Origin: Styela clava
Lineage: Eukaryota
Length of the DNA: 64,000 nt
Direction: 5' to 3'
Assembly: GCF_964204865.1 (NCBI RefSeq)
Contig: NC_135251.1
Location: 23,684,001 to 23,748,000, forward strand
Position numbers and translations under genes: made by a program. The first letter of the stretch is position 1; every line of letters starts with the position of its first letter. The notes beneath the pieces are model-generated. The model was given only the letters and a program-made list of their open reading frames with translations, ran no database searches and had not been told where the DNA came from. This document shows, in pieces, positions 39,700-54,200 of the stretch.

Positions 39700-42600
39700 A
39701 TGTCGCCTATATTTGACTTCCTTAGCTCTATATTGCGGCGAAGGCTCAAATGTTTAATTGATGTTTCACACTATGTGCTCCTTCTTCTGCTCTGCGGATG
39801 CGGAATTTTGGTTCGCTTTGGAGTTGATCACCAAGAAAAGATGACATCTCTCCGCCAGGAGCCAGATCATTTTCCTAGCAATCTAGGAGATCTAACATCT
39901 CTCCGCCAGGAGCCAGATCATTTTCTTAGCAATCTAGGATACGCCTATCCCTAACAACAATGATGGAAGATGGTTGCATAATTTATGCTGTCAGCTGAAA
40001 GGATGGTTCTTCTGGAAGTTTTTCTTTGTCGTGCCGTTGACGGCAAGAGCGGTGAGATGGTTTTTTATAAACCGTCATTATAAGAAGATTTCAATCGCAG
40101 CTCTTTTTGAGCTCAGGGCACAGGCTGCCGAAATCTCAAAGACGTATAAAATCAGAAGGAGATCTTACAGGATTTTGAGATCATTCGTACGTATTTGGTG
40201 TCGACCTTTCCGAAAATATAAAAAATCTCGACAAACTAGTCGAATGAGGAAATCGGCTAAAAAATATTTCAGACAGGCTTTAAATCGAAGACATCGAATC
40301 AATTCGAAAAACAGAATAATTCAAAGAAATCGGTTTCTACAAATTGGCGACGTTAACACACAATATGGTTTGCAACATTCAGAAAGGAAGGCTGACGTAT
40401 CCTTTAACCAAGCCAATGTCGCAAACGCTCAACCCGGGTTTTCAAGAACGAAAGATTTGCCCAACGAGGCAAACATTTCTGATAACGATAATTCAGAGAA
40501 AATTGCAGAAAAAAATTTCAATGAGTCTCCGCGAATATTTGGTGTTGGAAACAAATCCATGCACGAACCACCATTCAAATCCGATGAATCAGACAATTCA
40601 TCGATTCGGAAGCTTCATGTGCATGTAGAAATACCTCGTATGATGGACTCTGACAAATGTAATACGGATTCCCCTGTCTGTAAATCGTCATGTCCAGTTT
40701 CTTTCACTGCATCGGGCAGTTGTGGCAGCAATATTTCGGGAGAATCACCATGCGACCGCACAAATTACCGGAACTTGAATGAGCAAGAACAATCTCAGGA
40801 CACGGAATTCAATGAATCCGCAACATCCCGTCAATCAGACGAATCTAAGTATTCAGCATTGTGCCTCTCAGAATTATCCACTGATGTTTCTCAAAGCCTT
40901 TCGGAGTGCGACCTCCCATCCATGGAATGGTCGGACAAGGATGACGATAATTCTGTGAATTTCAACAGGTATCAAGACGAAGAACCTCGTATCACTTCTC
41001 CCGGCTCGCATGAAAAATTAAAAATCATTCCCGAGTACCTGAGAAGACGAAAGACTAGCGGAAACGATTATTTGAATGAAGTATCATCAGCTGGGAGCCA
41101 TTCAAGTAATGGATACCGTGACTGTTTTCCCGGTAGAATCGAATCATTCGGGGGACAACACAATTTTTCCAGTTCATTGAAAAATTGTAAACAGCGCATT
41201 CCGTCCGTATGTTCTGGAATTTTATTTCCTTCAGTGGGAAGAAAAATTGAACGAACCCGAGATGAAAAACACAATCCAGCGCCTAACTCGCCAATTCGAA
41301 AAGCGATCGCCATCAAAATCCCCAGCGTTCCCAAAAAGAGTGATTTCGAATATGAATCTGACACCGCCAGTAGTGGTGTTGTGTCAAGTACGGTGACAAG
41401 GTTTGGAGAGCTCAATGAGAATAAAGATATGGAAAATCAGTGTTTTTCGGAGAGTTGCAACAAGTCATATGATAATGCCAAACTGATATATCCGACGGGT
41501 TTTGTGAAGCCATTTACCGTGACGCCAACTACTACAATGGCACTTTTAAAGGATAACAGAATTGGAGGTTCTTCACACACGATTTCCACACCAAACATCG
41601 ATGAAATGAAAATTTCGCGCAGGAAAAAATTCAAAGACTACGCTGAGATTTATCATCCATCGAGTGAAAGTGTTCGAGAAAATAACAAGCATTCGCATAC
41701 AAAAGTTCAAAATGACGTGAGTATATTAATTTCTAATTTTTTTCTGGTGTTGAGAATCATTGAAACTGTTTCTCATTATGTTTCTTATTCCTGAAATGGA
41801 CGTATGACATGACACGTCACTTTGATATTCTAATTGGTATTACGAAGTTTGTCCATTTGTTTAAATTTTGATTTTATTGATTGAACTGTGACGCACTAAC
41901 TTGAACATTGTATCCATGTATAATAGAAAGAGCAAGAGATTTATTATTTTGTCAACCAAAATACAAACAGTCATCAATACGAAAAAATACATAACACAAA
42001 TAAAATTGCTTTGGTATGAACGGGAGGTAGCGATACGACCATATCGAGGTCAACTCCCACCCTATTTGCTGAAGTGATTAAGGTTCAAATTGAAGATGAC
42101 TATTGAAAAAGTTGGTCTGTCTAATAATACTTTTACCAAGTATTTCTTAAAAATGCTTAATAATAACCCACCACCGATTCATACATTCTCAAGTATAAAA
42201 CAATAAAAGCCATTTTTTTCCTGCAATTCATTAACGCCTCGTAATTCTGTTACAACAGACATCAGATGAAATCATCGGGAATCGAGAACAGGATGAATTT
42301 GAGTCAAAATATCACACAGTGGATGAAACACAATATATTGATAAAGGAAATGAAATTATCTCCTGCGAGGTTTGTAAATTTAAAAATAAAATCTTCTATT
42401 CATCAAAATGAGAATTTCCAAAAATAATACCTCGGAAACAATACCGCTCTACTTTTGTGTTTGCTATACTATATTGTATATAAATGCTATTAAAATGCAA
42501 ACTGAATTCATCTGATTCCTACTGTATTATTAAAACGAATAAATTTTATATTTATTGTGATTACATTGAATTATTCAGGAAAACATTGCATTTGAGCTCA

Positions 42601-43575
42601 AGAATGACCTTGAGTCGATTCATCATAAGTTAAAGAAAATGGATCAACGACAAAGAGAGGAATTTATATCTGAAAGTGAAACTAGTATTTATTGGGTGAG
42701 ATGAAGTTTTTTATTTACTTAATTAAATAATACTTTATTTACGTGGCTATCTGGCTTCAATAATCATACCAGATATACCAGATGTGAAACATTTGAAGAC
42801 AATGATATAAAACTTGATCAAGTGTCAATGTCTACACACTAAATAACATTGAATTTTTAGATCTTTATGTCCTGTATTTTTTTTTTTTTCTTAGATTCTG
42901 GAGAAATTAAAACAAGAGAAAAGTAGACTTGATGAAATGGTATTTTCAAAAAATTCACCCAAAAAAGAATCTGTGCCAAGGAAACAAAAACTGAAAAATC
43001 CGTTTCGGTGGATCCGATCAAAAGTTTCCTCAAATTTGCATAAAAAGGACGATGACCATTCAAAGATTCTACTCTTATCATCACTGAAAAAAGTGGAATT
43101 GAGAATGGAATTGGAAGAAAATCGACTCCAAAAGCATAGAAAACTTCTATCACAAATTGAAGAAGAAGAGCGAAAAAGAAAATCGAAAGCTCGTACAGAA
43201 ATATTAAATCTGAAGAGATGCATTGTGGAAAACACGAAACGGGGAATGGAACTCCGAAAACTTATTATAAACAGCAAACACAATGATGAATCAGGAATCC
43301 ACTGCCACGATTGTATGTTCAATCTACATGCAAGCATTTGGAAAGAATCAATCCCTGTTTTTGAAAATCCAATTCTAAATGAAATTGATGGATTTCTTCC
43401 TTGCTGCCCCACAGTGATGGTAATTAATATGAAGTATGAAAATCTGGAACTTGACAACAATGACATTGAAATTGATCTAAAACTAGACAGAGTGAAAAAA
43501 TTGCAAAAAGAAATTCAACACGGATTATTCAGAAAATCTTATTTACAGCATGGGCGATTTACGATTAATTTATGA
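39700..43575 (+). pseudogene. Orphan tandem gene copy 1, frameshifted in exon 1
   Basis: A 42-nt copy of upstream sequence replaces 20 nt (net +22), giving a stop at 39952-39954. The rest of the frame and the splice sites are intact. Confidence 0.8.
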
Positions 43576-45472
43576 ACAAATTTATTAATATTCTACTGCA
43601 AATTGTATTATGTTCTCGCGAAACAGATACGTATGCCAATGACTTTGTTTCATATTTTTGTTTGTTATTATTGTTTGTGAAGTATGTTATTGCCTCATTT
43701 TGACTCAACTTTATGTCATTGATAATATACTCTCACCCTCCATTTTAGTCTGTGTTTGCTTTAGAATGAATTTGTAAACATCTGTCGCTAAATGGAGTAC
43801 CGCCCCAAACACGCGCATACTATTTGGACTTATTTCACCAAGTACAGTGTTTATATATCTTATAAAAAACACTCATATACTTAAAAATAAATCGACAATC
43901 AAAACCGGCAGTTTGAAGAAGGCAGTGAGTGAGAAACAAGATATGCATAAATCAAATAAGAAATGTTTAAGAAGCAATCCACCTCCGTTCGATATGAAAA
44001 AACATTTGAATGTAGTCGCATTTGTGCCTCAACCTAACAACAAAACCCCAAACCAACAAAAAATAAAACAATACACAGAAAATATTAAGGCGAACAAACT
44101 GGAAAGTTGATATAGCTAAAAATAATTTTCAAACGTAAACGCTCCACTCACGAATAGGGAAACAAACCTAAACAAACAAACATGAATATAGACGTCGGGA
44201 GTCTCACTTTGTAATCAAATTACGCTATTTGTAATTCATTCACAAACAAAACGGTGATCTGAATAGCCGCTGTGCACATGACGATTTGACGACATGTAAC
44301 GTAAGAACAGTCGAAAAACTTATTCCTAGGTTATAATATAATGTATATGCTTGTCGATGTTTCAAGCTTAAAAATCAAAAATCTATCCAGTGATTATCAT
44401 AATATCGAATATAATTAATGTACACAAAAATGTAATATTCGATAAAAACTTTTGCATACCCAGTTCCATCTATAAATATTGAGAGCAATCCAAGCTCAAT
44501 TTCGATCAAATTCTACTTCAGGCTTGCATAGGATAAGCATTCTTTGCATTCCAATTGTACATTTTTATCCCACAGTCGAAACTTTCCTTATATTTTAATA
44601 CGTTATTTATTTTCCTCGGGTAGAAGAGAAAATATAATTAAAGATTGTGGAAGATGAAGAAAATATTACTTTTGAAATTTGTCAAGGACGTGTAAGAAAA
44701 TTGAGGCCGATAATTCCGATCTTGAAGCTACTCAGGGCCGAAAAAATACGATCCATATGTAAATTTCGTGAAAATTTCCAATAAAATGGATTGTAACCCT
44801 GCCTGTAGCATTGGCAAAACAAACGTCACAGCTTAACGCACGTTTAAGGGAAAGTCGTTCTTAGCGGCACTGCAAGTTTTAGAAAGTAATGAAACACTGT
44901 ATACTGGGCGTCCATGAAGTCTTGTTTCTATTTAAAAACTTTATTACGATATCGAACTATAATTTTCTCAAATCGTTAAGAAACTCCATGAACCCCTCCT
45001 ATATACTGTTTTAATGATAAGTATTGATTGAACTTCTAAAAAGGAGTATAACGAGAAACAATTATTTTTGGTGTAATTATTTTGGCACTAAAACTCGTGA
45101 ACCGTATACTACGAAAAAAGACAAATGCAAAGAATTTGGCGATAAGTTACTTTTTGTTCCGTCAACTGCAAAATGTAGGGTAGGTATTTCTCCACAACAA
45201 CTAAAGAACAGAGAAACTAGTGTTAATTAAACAAATATAAATATATATACATTTCACAGTATACAATAAATTAAAATAGTATTCATTTCATCATATTTTT
45301 CATAAATCGAGTTCTGCTAGTAAAAATGGCTACGAAAAATCAAAACTCAGAGGATAGTGTGACGTCATAATATATATACCATTGTACATCAATAATTGAG
45401 ATAAATGGAGTAAATTGTGATAAATTCTAGATTTTATAATTCTGCGACTTCGAACTGGTAAAACAGGTCAAA

Positions 45473-48400
45473 ATGTCGTCTATATTTGACTTCCTTAGCT
45501 CTATATTGCGGCGGAGGCTCAAATGTTTAATTGATGTTTCACACTATGTGCTCGTTCTTTTGCTCTGCGGATGCGGAATTTTGGTTCGTTTTGGAGTTGA
45601 TCACCAAGAAAAGATGACACCTCTCCGCCAGGAGCCAGATTATTTTCCTAGCAATCTAGGAGATCTAACTGACTCTTACCCGCCATGGAATACGCCTATC
45701 CCTAACAACAATGATGGAAGATGGTTGCATAATTTATGCTGTCAGCTGAAAGAATGGTTCTTCTGGAAGTTTTTCTTTGTCGTGTCGTTGACGGCAAGAG
45801 CGGTGAGATGGTTTTTTATCAACCGTCATTATAAGAAGATGTCAATTGCAGCTCTTTTTGAGATCAGGGCACAGGCTACAGAAATCTCAAAGACGTATAA
45901 AATCAGAAAGAGATCTTACCGAATTTTGAGATCATTCGTGCGTATTTGGTGTCGATCTTTCCGAAGATATAAAAAATCTCGACAAACTAGTCGAATGAGG
46001 AAATCGGCTAAAAAATATTTCAGACAGGCTTCAAATCGAAGACATCGAATCAATTCAAAAAACAGAATAATCCAAAGAAACCGGTTTCTACAAATTGGCG
46101 ACGTTAACACACAATATGGTTCGCAACATTTAGAAAAGAAGGCTGACGTATCCTATAACCAAGCCAATGTCGCAAACGCTCAACCCGGGTTTTCAAGAAC
46201 GAAAGATTTGCCCAACGAGGCAAACATTTCTGATAACGATAATTCAGAGAAAATTGCAGAAAAAACTTTCAATGAGTCTCCGCGAATATCTGGTGTTGGA
46301 AACAAATCCATGCACGAACCACCATTCAAATCCGATGAATCAGACAATTCATCGATTGGGAAGCTTCATGTGCATGTAGAAATACCTCGTATGATGGACT
46401 CTGACAAATGTTATACGGATTCCCCTGTCTGTAAATCGTCATTTCCAGTTTCTTTCACTGCATCGGGCAGTTGTGGCAGCAATATTTCGGGAGAATCACC
46501 ATGCGACCGCACAAATTACCGGAACTTGAATGAGCAAGAACAATCTCAGGACACGGAATTCAATGAATCCGCAACATCCCGTCAATCAGACGAATCTAAG
46601 TATTCAGCATTGTGCCTCTCAGAAATATCCACTGGTGTTTCTCAAAGCCTTTCGGAGTGCGACCTCCCATCCATGGAATGGTCGGACGAGGATGACGATA
46701 ATTCTGTGAATTTCAACAGGTATCAAGACGAAGAACCTCGTATCACTTCTCCCGGCTCGCATGAAAAATTAAAAATCATTCCCGAGTACCTGAGAAGACG
46801 AAAGACTAGCGGAAACGATTATTTGAATGAAGTATCATCAGCTGGGAGCCATTCAAGTAATGGATACCGTGACTGTTTTCCCGGTAGAATCGAATCATTC
46901 GGGGGGCAACACAATTTTTACAGTTCATTGAAAAATTGTAAACAGCGCATTCCGTCCGTATGTTCTGGAATTTTATTCCCTTCAGCGGGAAGAAAAATTG
47001 AACGAACCCGAGATGGAAAACACAATCCAGCGCCTAACTCGCCAATTCGAAAAGCGATCGCCATCAAAATCCCCAGCGTTCCCAAAAAGAGTGATTTCGA
47101 AGATGAATCTGACACCGCCAGTAGTGGTGTTGTGTCAAGTACGGTGACAAGGTTTGGAGAGCTCAATGAGAATAAAGATATGGAAAATCGGTGTTTTTCG
47201 GAGAGTTGCAACAAGTCATATGATAATGACAAAATGATATATCCGACGGGTTTTGTGAAGCCATTTACCGTAACGCCAACTACTACAATGGCACTTTTAA
47301 AGGATAACAGAATTGGAGGTTCTTCACACACGATTTCCACACCAAACATCGATGAAATGAAAATTTCGCGCAGGAAAAAATTCAAAGATTACGCTGAGAT
47401 TTATCATCCATCGAGTGAAAGTGTTCGAGAAAATAACAAGCATTCTCATACAAAAGTTCAAAATGACGTGAGTATATTAATTTCTAATTTTTTGTTGGTG
47501 TTGAGAATCATTGAGACTGTTTCTCATTATGTTTCTTATTCATGAAATGGACGTATGACATGACACGTCACTTTGATATTCTAATTGGTATAACGAAGTT
47601 TGTCCATTTGTTAAAATTTTGATTTTATTGATTGAACTGTGACGCACTGACCTGAACCTTGTATCCATGTATAATAGAAAGAGCGAGAGATTTATTATTT
47701 TGTCAACCAACAAACAGTCATCAATACGAAAAAATACATAACACAAATAAAATTGCTTTGGTATGAACGGGAGGTAGCGGTACGACCATTCGGTCATCGA
47801 GGTCAACTCCCACCCTATTTGCTGGAGTGATTAAGGTTCAAATTGAAGATGACTATTAAAAAAGTTGGTCTGTCTAATAATACTTTTACCAAGTATTTCT
47901 TAAAAATGCTCAATAATAACCCACCACCGATTCATACATTCTCAAGTATAAAACAATAAAAGCCATTTTTCTTTCCTGCAATTCATTAACGCCTCGTATT
48001 TTTGTTACAACAGACATCAGATGAAATCATCGGGAATCGAGAACAGGATGAATTTGAGTCAAAATCTCACACAGTGGATGAAACACAAGATATTGAAAAA
48101 GGAAATGGAATTATTTCCTGCGAGGTTTGTAAATTTAAAAATAAAATCTTTTATTCAACAAAATGAGAATTTCCAAAAATAATACCTCGGAAACAACACC
48201 GCTCTAATTTTGTGCTTGCTATACTATATTTTATATAAATGCTATCAAAATGCAAACTGAATTCCTCTGATTCTTACTGTATTATTAAAACGGATAAATT
48301 TTACATTTATTGTGATTACATTGAATTATTCAGGAAAACATTGCATTTGAGCTCAAGAATGACCTTGAGTCGATTCATCATAAGTTAAAGAAAATGGATC

Positions 48401-49352
48401 AACGACAAAGAGAGGAATTTATATCTGAAAGTGAAACTAGTATTTATTGGGTGAGATGAAGTTTTTTATTTACTTAATTAAATAATACTTTATTTACGTG
48501 GCTATCTGGCTTCAATAATCATCCATGCTTTTTATTTATGAAGGTTCAAAGTAGAGTTTATATATACCAGATGTGAAGACAATGATATAAAACTTGATCA
48601 AGTGTCAATGTATACACACTAAATAACATTAAATTTTCAGATCGTTATGTCATGTATTTAATTTTACCTAGATTCTGGAGAAATTAAAACAAGAGAAAAG
48701 TAGACTTGATGAAATGGTATTTTCAAAAAATTCACCCAAAAAAGAATCTGTGCCAAGGAAACAAAAACTGAAAAACCCGTTTCGGTGGATCCGATCAAAA
48801 GTTTCCTCAAATTTGCATAAAAAGGACGATGACCATTCAAAGATTCTACTCTTATCATCATTGAAAAAAGTGGAATTGAGAATGGAATTGGAAGAAAATC
48901 GACTCCAAAAGCATAGAAAACTTCTATCACAAATTGAAGAAGAAGAGCGCAAAAGAAAATCGAAAGCTCGTACAGAAATATTAAATCTGAAGAGATGCAT
49001 TGTGGAAAACACGAAACGGGGAATGGAACTCCGAAAACTTATTATAAACAGCAAACACAATGATGAATCAGGAATCCACTGCCACGATTGTATGTTCAAA
49101 CTACATGCAAGCATTTGGAAAGAATCAATCCCTGTTTTTGAAAATCCAATTCTAAATGAAATTGATGGATTTCTTCCTTGCTGCCCCACAGTGATGGTAA
49201 TTAATATGAAGTATGAAAATCTGGAACTTGACAACAATGACATTGAAATTGATCTAAAACTAGACAGAGTGAAAAAATTGCAAAAAGAAATTCAACACGG
49301 ATTATTCAGAAAATCTTATTTACAGCATGGGCGATTTACGATTAATTTATGA
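45473..49352 (+). CDS. Orphan tandem gene copy 2, 967 aa (N-terminal hydrophobic segments, basic patch, Ser-rich disordered middle, coiled-coil C-terminus)
   Basis: Exons 45473-47467, 48014-48124, 48334-48450, 48672-49352. All introns are phase 0 and GT-AG. Confidence 0.85.
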
Positions 49353-51254
49353 ACAAATTTATTAATATTCTACTGCAAATTGTATTACGTTCTCGCGAAA
49401 CAGATACGTATGCCAATGACTTTGTTTCATATTTTTGTTTGTTATTATTGTTTGTGAAGTATGTTATTGCCTCATTTTGACTCAACTTTATGTCATTGAT
49501 AATATACTCTCACCCTCCATTTTAGTCTGTGTTTGCTTTAGAATGAATTTGTAAACATCTGTCGCTAAATGGAGTACCGCCCCAAACACGCGCATACTAT
49601 CTGGACTTATTTCACCAAGTACAGTGTTTATATATCTTATAAAAAACACTCATATACTTAAAAATTAAATCGACAATCAAAACCGGCAGTTTGAAGAAGG
49701 CAGTGAGTGAGAAACAAGATATGCATAAATCAAATAAGAAATGTTTAAGAAGCAATCCACCTCCGTTCGATATGAAAAAACATTTGAATGTAGTCGCATT
49801 TGTGCCTCAACCTAACAACAAAACCCCAAACCAACAAAAAATAAAACAATACACAGAAAATATTAAGACAAACAAACTGGAAAGTTGATATAGCTAAAAA
49901 TAATTTTCAAACGTAAACGCTCCACTCACGAATAGGGAAACAAACCTAAACAAACAAACATGAATATAGACGTCGGGAGTCTCACTTTGTAATCAAATTA
50001 CGCTATTTGTAATTCATTCACAAACAAAACGGTGATCTGAATAGCCGCTGTGCACATGACGATTTGACGACATGTAACGTAAGAACAGTCGAAAAACTTA
50101 TTCCTAGGTTATAATATAATGTATATGCTTGTCGATGTTTCAAGCTTAAAAATCAAAAATCTATCCAGTGATTATCATAATATCGAATATAATTAATGTA
50201 CACAAAAATGTAATAGTCGATAAAAACTTTTGCATACCCAGTTCCATCTATAAATATTGAGAGCAATCCAAGCTCAATTTCGATCAAATTCTACTTCAGG
50301 CTTGCATAGGATAAGCATTCTTTGCATTCCAATTGTACATTTTTATCCCACAGTCGAAACTTTCCTTATATTTTAATTCGTTAATTATTTTCCTCGGGTA
50401 GAAGAGAAAATATAATTAAAGATTGTGGAAGATGAAGAAAATATTACTTTTGAAATCTGTCAAAGACGTGTAAGAAAATTGAGGCCGATAATTCCGATCT
50501 TGAAGCTACTCAGGGCCGAAAAAATAAACAAAACGATCCATATGTAAATTTCGTGAAAATTTCCAATAAAATGGATTGTAACCCTGCCTGTAGCATTGGC
50601 AAAACAAACGTCACAGCTTAACGCACGTTTAAGGGAAAGTCGTTCTTAGCGGCACTGCAAGTTTTAGAAATAATGAAACACTGTATACTGGGCGTCCATG
50701 AAGTCTTGTTTCTATTTAAAAATTTTATTACAATATCGAACTATAATTTTTTCAAATCGTTAAGAAACTCTATGAACCCCTCCTATATACTGTTTTAATG
50801 ATAAGTATTGATTGAACTTCTAAAACGGAGTATAACGAGAAACAATTATTTTTGGTGTAATTATTTTGGCACTAAAACTCGTGAACCGTATACTACGAAA
50901 AAAGACGAATACAAAGAATTTGGCGAAAAGTTACTTTTTGTTCCGTCAACTGCAAAATGTAGGGTAGGTATTTCTCCACAACAACTAAAGAACAGAGAAA
51001 CTAGTGTTAATTAAACAAATATATATATATACATTTCACAGTATACAATAAATTAAAATAATATTCATTTCATCATATTTTTCAGAAATCGAGTTCTGCT
51101 AGTAAAAATGGCTACGAAAAATCAAAACTCAGATGATAGTGTGACGTCATAATATGTATACCATTGTTCATCAATAATTGAGATAAATGGAGTAAATTGT
51201 GATAAATTCTAGATTTTATAATTCTGCGACTTCGAACTGGTAAAACAGGTCAAA

Positions 51255-54200
51255 ATGTCGCCTATATTTGACTTCCTTAGCTCTATATTGCGGCGGAGGC
51301 TCAAATGTTTAATTGATGTTTCACACTATGTGCTCGTTCTTTTGCTCTGCGGATGCGGAATTTTGGTTCGCTTTGGAGTTGATCACCAGGAAAAGATGAC
51401 ACCTCTCCGCCAGGAGCCAGATTATTTCCCTAGCAATCTAGGAGATCTAACTGACTCTTACCCGCCATGGAATACGCCTATCCCTAACAACAATGATGGA
51501 AGATGGTTGCATAATATATGCTGTCAGCTGAAAGGATGGTTCTTCTGGAAGTTTTTCTTTGTCGTGTCGTTGACGGCAAGAGCGGTGAGATGGTTTTTTA
51601 TAAACCGTCATTATAAGAAGATGTCAATTGCAGCTCTTTTTGAGCTCAGGGCACAGGCTACAGAAATCTCAAAGACGTATAAAATCAGAAAGAGATCTTA
51701 CCGAATTTTGAGATCATTCGTGCGTATTTGGTGTCGACCTTTCCGAAGCTATAAAAAATCTCGACAAACTAGTCGAATGAGGAAATCGGCTAAAAAATAT
51801 TTCAGACAGGCTTTAAATCGAAGACATCGAATCAATTCAAAAAACAGAATAATCCAAAGAAACCGGTTTCTACAAATTGGCGACGTTAACACACAATATG
51901 GTTCGCAACACTCAGAAAGGAAGGCTGACGTATCCTTTAACCAAGCCAATGTCGCAAACGCTCAACCCGGGTTTTCAAGAACGGAAGATTTGCCCAACCA
52001 GGCAAACATTTCTGATAACGATAACTCAGAGAAAATTGCAGAAAAAACTTTCAATGAGTCTCCGCGAATAACTGGTGTTGGAAACAAATCCATGCACGAA
52101 CCACCATTCAAATCCGATGAATCAGACAATTCATCGATTCGGAAGCTTCATGTGCATGTAGAAATACCTCGTATGATGGACTCTGACCCATGTTATACGG
52201 ATTCCCCTGTCTGTAAATCGTCATGTCCAGGTTCTTTCACTGCATCGGGAAGTTGTGGCAGCAATATTTTGGGAGAATCACCATGCGACCGCACAAATTA
52301 CCGGAACTTGAATGAGCAAGAACAATCTCAGGACACGGAAATGAATGAATCCGCAACATCCCGTCAATCAGACGAATCTAAGTATTCAGCATTGTGCCTC
52401 TCAGAAATATGCACTGATGTTTCTCAAAGCCTTTCGGAGTGCGACCTCCCATCCATGGAATGGTCGGACGAGGATGACGATAATTCTGTGAATTTCAACA
52501 GGTATCAAGACGAAGAACCTCGTATCACTTCTCTCGGCTCGCATGAAAAATTAAAAATTATTCCCGAGTACCTGAGAAGACGAAAGACTAGCGGAAACGA
52601 TTATTTGAATGAAGTATCATCAGCTGGGAGCCATTCAAGTAATGGATACCGAGACTGTTCTCCCGGTAGAATCGAATCATTCGGGGGACAACACAATTTT
52701 TCCAGTTCATTAAAAAATTGTAAACAGCGCATTCCGTCCGTATGTTCTGGAATTTTATTTCCTACAGCAGGAAGAAAAATAAAACGAACCAGAGATGGAA
52801 AACACAATCCAGCACCTAACTCGCCGATTGGAAAAGCGATCGCCATCAAAATCCCCAGCGTTCCGAAAGAGAGTGATTCCGAATATGAATCTGACACAGC
52901 CAGTAGTGGTTTTGTGTCAAGTGCGGTGACAAGGTTTGGAGAGCCCATTGGGAATAAAAATATGGGAAATCAGTGTTTTTCGGAGAGTTGCAACAAGTCA
53001 TATGATAATGCCAAAATGATTTATCCGACGGGTTTCGTGAAGCCATTTACCGTAACGCCAACTACTACAATGGCACTTTTAAAAGATAACAGAATTGGAG
53101 GTTCTTCACACACGATTTCCACACCAAACATCGATGAAATGAAAATTTCGCGCAGGAAAAAATTCAAAGATTACGCTGAGATTTATCATCCATTGAGTGA
53201 AAGTGTTCGAGAAAATAACAAGCATTCTCATACAAAAGTTCAAAATAACGTGAGTATATTGAGAATCATTGAGATTGTTTCTCATTATGTTTCTTATTCA
53301 TGAAATGGACGTATGACATGACACGTCACTTTGATATTCTAATTGATATAACGAAGTTTGTCCATTTGTTTAAATTTTGATTTTATTGATTGAACTGTGA
53401 CGCACTGACCTGAACATTGTATCCATGTATCATAGAAAGAGCGAGAGATTTATTATTTTGTCAACCAAAATACAAACAGTCATCAATACGAAAAAATGAC
53501 ATAACACAAATAAAATTGCTTTGGTATGAACGGGAGGTAGCGATACGACCATATCGAGGTCAACTCCCACCCTATTTGCTGAAGTGATTAAGGTTCAAAT
53601 TGAAGATGACTATTAAAAAAGTTGGTCTGTCTAATAATACTTTAACCAAGTATTTCTTAATAATGCTTAATAATAACCCACCACCGATTCATACATTCTC
53701 AAGTATAAAACAATAAAATCCATTTTTCTTTCCTGCAATTCATTAACGCCTCGTATTTCTGTTACAACAGACATCAGATGAAATCATCGGGAATCGAGAA
53801 CAGGATGAATTTGAGTCAAAATCTCACACAGTGGATGGAACACAAGATATTGAAAAAGGAAATGGAATTATTTCCTGCGAGGTTTGTAAATTAAAAAATA
53901 AAATCTTCTATTCAACAAAATGAGAATTTCCAAAAATAATACCTCGGAAACAATACCGCTCTACTTTTGTGTTTGCTATACTATATTTTATTTAAATGTT
54001 ATTAAAATGCAAACTGAATTCATCTGAATCTTACTGTATTATTAAAACGGATAAATTTTACATTTATTGTGATTACATTGAATCATTCAGGAAAACATTG
54101 CATTTGAGCTCAAGAATGACCTTGAGTCGATTCATCACAAGTTAAAGAAAATGGATCAACGACAAAGAGAGGAATTTCTTTCTGAAAGTGAAACTAGTAT

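Noticed and set aside
42891-43466. 191-aa antisense ORF in all three copies
   Set aside because: Shadow of the Lys/Glu-rich exon 4. The copies are too similar for its retention to be informative.
43847-45230. Small spacer ORFs repeated in the array (87/65 aa and 68 aa)
   Set aside because: Non-ATG starts, and not preserved in the diverged homologous flank of copy 1.
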